Below are positions 18,501 through 20,000 of a DNA stretch of 20,000 nucleotides, one piece after another. Made by a program: the position numbers and the translations under genes. Origin of the DNA: Sphingomonadaceae bacterium (lineage in GTDB: Bacteria; Chloroflexota; UBA6077); contig JBLNDL010000011.1 in the NCBI GenBank assembly GCA_050261575.1, forward strand, positions 110,539 to 130,538, in the 5' to 3' direction. Within the stretch, counting starts at the first letter, position 1. Each line of letters starts with the position of its first letter. Under the pieces are notes generated by a model that saw only the letters and a program-made list of their open reading frames with translations, searched no databases and was not told where the DNA came from.

Positions 18501-18685
18501 GGGTTCCAGAGCGGGAAATGGCCCTGCTTCAGGGCATCGGCAGCGTATTGCCGGAGGGGGTAGAAGTATACGAAGGCATCGTAATCTCCCAGGATCAGCC
18601 CCTGAAAGAGGATGCCTCTGTAGAATGTGGCCACGAGAACGGCAAGGGTGGCCGTCGCCGCGACGCCCGACCAGACTCTGCGCAC
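15548..18685 (-). CDS. YfhO-family polytopic membrane protein (GT-C-type glycosyltransferase)
   Basis: 1045 aa; PLWNPY..LGAPFFAN.Q..VLYP, LAGH.Q, FRVPARW, DGYDGG and C-terminal LPRAF..LVLLDPYYPGWKAEVDG..ANYFFRAV..GEHRVVFRYAP; AGGAG RBS before GTG. Confidence 0.88.
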   Translation of the reverse strand: MRRVWSGVAATATLAVLVATFYRGILFQGLILGDYDAFVYFYPLRQYAADALKQGHFPLWNPYYFLGAPFFANIQTAVLYPGNLLFLLLPTPYAYSASVVGHVLLAGGAMYLFARRSLEVSALPALLGSIAFMFSGFLSGQVGHINQLTVAAWMPLLLVTFDEAVRRRSVALAIATGLVGTLQLLAGHTQEWYFSTVILGLLALWRAIVPRKPLRGAAAVRGGSGEAAESGGGAAPLGETALVPSGEVRDGLRGELRTEDTLAFAQAGGEVAAVQGDKIWPLARDGDDGHGAARGDSGIAGRVRPLAYLVVAGLIEVGISAVQVIPTLELSGESIRAGGMTYWDAASFSLPPTSALFTVLPTYPSQLFSEYVGHVGVVPLVLAILALVAWWTRPVSVFMAGLVALGMFMALGKYNPFYPFLFQWVPGLDLFRVPARWLLVYTLGVCGMAGLGAQLLLDLGSRRRRPPERRSLGRRAVTLRLMAPALVLAAAGAMLYLFYRFADPPPTPQQMQVWGALAALTLVLAALATRGRRIGWVVLGLLIAVVAGELWMAGETSSVRHPIPFEAYRPERTSTRYLLEDAATRDGPGRLLSFATDSYEVKETPDYKQQYGDMLHPDALVQFMVNVKLSETLAANIPMEYGIETVDGYDGGILPLRRYAALKDLLMPVPGIPADNQLRPNLAYVPPMRLLDLLNVRYVLGTKLQDTRIDGVYYDRGISIVLDPGQTERLRRMPDLTVTSIGLITSTEGAREQADGVPAASLMLADGSGVTLSLPVRMGMETGETPERDEVNPPPAHRKPTLVESWNPKEKPTEYYARINLPAPLKLKEISMTNLLSGAKVRVRAITLIDDRAGISVPLVLSDRMERQLFFDMKLYTVRDPLPRAFLVHNSLVRDDDRALEVLGRSELPLDSVVVLAASPTSRSVYRPLPPAGNRGEARLISHEPSEVVVDVKTDESGYLVLLDPYYPGWKAEVDGVEVPIERANYFFRAVQVGAGEHRVVFRYAPVSFQVGLYITLVSLAVASGTLLVLAGRALRRRPSPRAVV

Positions 18686-18694
18686 AGGGCTCTC

Positions 18695-19384
18695 CTACGG
18701 TAGAAATCGGTAGCGCAGCAGGGTAAACAGCACCACGAAGCCATCCTTCCAGGTGATCTTCTTGCCTTCGTGATACTCCCGTCCGGCGTAGGAAATGGGC
18801 ACCTCGTAGATGCGATAGCCCATGCGCAGAATGCGGGCGGTGATCTCCGGATCGAACCCCCACCTGGGCGATCGAAGCTCGATCCGCCGGGCGACCTCTG
18901 AGGTGAAGACCTTGTAGCAGGTCTCCATGTCGGTGAGGGTGGTGTCGAACAGGACGTTCGTCAGGAGTGTTACGAAGCGGTTCCCCAGGGCATGCCAGAA
19001 GTACATCGCCTTGTGCTCGCCGAGGAAGCGGGACCCGTAGACCACCTTCGCCTTGCCGTTGAGGATAGGCTTCAGCAGCAGGGGGTAGTCGGCCGGATCG
19101 TACTCCAGGTCGGCATCCTGGATCAGCACGACGTCGCCGGTAACAGCGCGCAACCCGCTTCGCACTGCCGCGCCCTTGCCCTGGTTCACCTCGTGCAGCA
19201 CCAGCTTCAGGTCGCCCCTGGCGGCCTCCTGCTTCAGGATATCCCTACTGCCGTCGGAGGAGCAGTCATCCACCACCACGATCTCGAGTTCCAGGGGCTC
19301 GACGGGCGCCAATCGCACCCGCTCCAGGATCTGCCGCAGGGTTGCCTGCTCGTTGTAGACGGGTATCACCACCGACAGCTTCAT
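18695..19384 (-). CDS. GT2 polyprenol-phosphate glycosyltransferase (DPM1-like), 229 aa
   Basis: MKLSVVIPVYNE, VVDDCSSDGS, NQGKGAA, IQDADLEYDP, VYGSRF, TDMETCYK and EVPISY; start placed at ATG 19384. Confidence 0.93.
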   Translation of the reverse strand: MKLSVVIPVYNEQATLRQILERVRLAPVEPLELEIVVVDDCSSDGSRDILKQEAARGDLKLVLHEVNQGKGAAVRSGLRAVTGDVVLIQDADLEYDPADYPLLLKPILNGKAKVVYGSRFLGEHKAMYFWHALGNRFVTLLTNVLFDTTLTDMETCYKVFTSEVARRIELRSPRWGFDPEITARILRMGYRIYEVPISYAGREYHEGKKITWKDGFVVLFTLLRYRFLP

Positions 19385-19416
19385 TGAAAACCACCGTCGA
19401 GGGTCAGATTGAAGCC

Positions 19417-19446
19417 ATTGTAGCCCAGTGAGGCCGGGCTCATCAA
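19417..19446 (-). promoter_or_regulatory. Sigma-70-type promoter for the GT2-yfhO genes
   Basis: Minus strand TTGATG-N18-TACAAT, with the -10 about 33 nt upstream of ATG 19384. Confidence 0.55.
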
Positions 19447-19465
19447 GCGAAACAGAACGTTGAGA

Positions 19466-19480
19466 TGGCACGTGTCATGC
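19466..19480 (+). promoter_or_regulatory. Sigma-54-like (-24/-12) promoter, divergent
   Basis: TGGCACG-TGTC-ATGC: GG-N10-GC spacing with one mismatch in the -12 box; upstream of ORF 19605. Confidence 0.55.
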
Positions 19481-19604
19481 CTTCCCCTCCTACCCCACGT
19501 GAGCCAATCGAAGGGTCACGGTGGAGACCAGTGAACGGTAAGCAGAGACTATGTCGTCAGTAGCTCGCAGCCAACGACGAGTGCACTAGGGAGGGTATCC
19601 GGCC

Positions 19605-19838
19605 ATGGCCATAAAGCAGCGCGGAACCCCTCTGGACGCGATCCTGCTCAAGGTCATCTATCCGTTCTTGTTTCGCTCGAGGTTGAGGAAGCCGCTGCAG
19701 CGATTGCAGCTATGGCACCGGGAGGTTCCGGTCAGCACTGCGCCGTCGCCCGCACTCAACCTTGCATCCAGAATACCGGCTCAGGAGGCAGTCAAGCCAC
19801 GACCGGCAGGGGCTCTCACGCAGAAGAGAGCCGCGTGA
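19605..19838 (+). CDS. Small hypothetical protein (77 aa)
   Basis: AGGGAGG RBS before ATG; intergenic with no overlapping gene; followed immediately by a strong hairpin. Confidence 0.6.
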   Translation: MAIKQRGTPLDAILLKVIYPFLFRSRLRKPLQRLQLWHREVPVSTAPSPALNLASRIPAQEAVKPRPAGALTQKRAA

Positions 19839-19842
19839 GGAA

Positions 19843-19879
19843 CGGGTCGCCCGAGGCGGGCTGTCCCTCGGGCGACCCG
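19843..19879 (+). terminator. GC-rich hairpin downstream of the 77-aa ORF (terminator or stability element)
   Basis: CGGGTCGCCCGAGG-N9-CCTCGGGCGACCCG, a perfect 14-bp stem; no U-tract. Confidence 0.55.
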
Positions 19880-19962
19880 CACCCCAATCCGTGGATTGAC
19901 GCTCGGGGCATCACCTGATGGGTGAATGGGAAGGGATGGGCCTGGGTGGCGGGAGAGGACAA

Positions 19963-20000
19963 GTGGCCATCTTCCGGGTAGACTGTGGGCCTCGGGAGGT
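19963..20000 (+). CDS. Possible start of a CDS running off the window
   Basis: GGGAGAGG RBS, then GTG GCC ATC TTC CGG... (MAIFRVDCGPRE) open to the window end; only 12 codons visible. Confidence 0.3.
   Translation, partial: MAIFRVDCGPRE

Noticed and set aside
19490..19960. Riboswitch or ncRNA in the leader or trailer of the 77-aa ORF
   Set aside because: Only short hairpins are visible and I recognise no family consensus; an Infernal/Rfam scan would settle it.

Overview
GC-rich bacterial DNA (gene content suggests a monoderm, probably Chloroflexota; inference only) with nearly all genes on the minus strand. In order of transcription: a DPM1/CsbB-like GT2 and a 1045-aa YfhO-family membrane glycosyltransferase; an AmaP/Asp23-like gene and scpB, ending in an intrinsic terminator; hldE; then an almost gap-free run of at least 12.5 kb. 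That run contains a small excisionase/BldC-type HTH gene, gmhB, GT9, a small Cys-motif ORF, a second GT9, two GT4s, a GT2, a possible small ORF, an SDR and an HddA-like GHMP kinase, and continues directly into V/A-type ATPase subunits G(H), C, I and K, which runs off the left edge. Three correctly spaced sigma-54 (-24/-12) motifs lie upstream of hldE, the HTH-led operon and a divergent 77-aa orphan ORF, while the flanking genes have sigma-70-type promoters. The best candidate for an undescribed system is this sigma-54-controlled heptose-glycosylation plus V-ATPase operon. It includes a small protein carrying the same CxxC-x4-CP-x4-C motif as the first GT9, a motif the second GT9 lacks.
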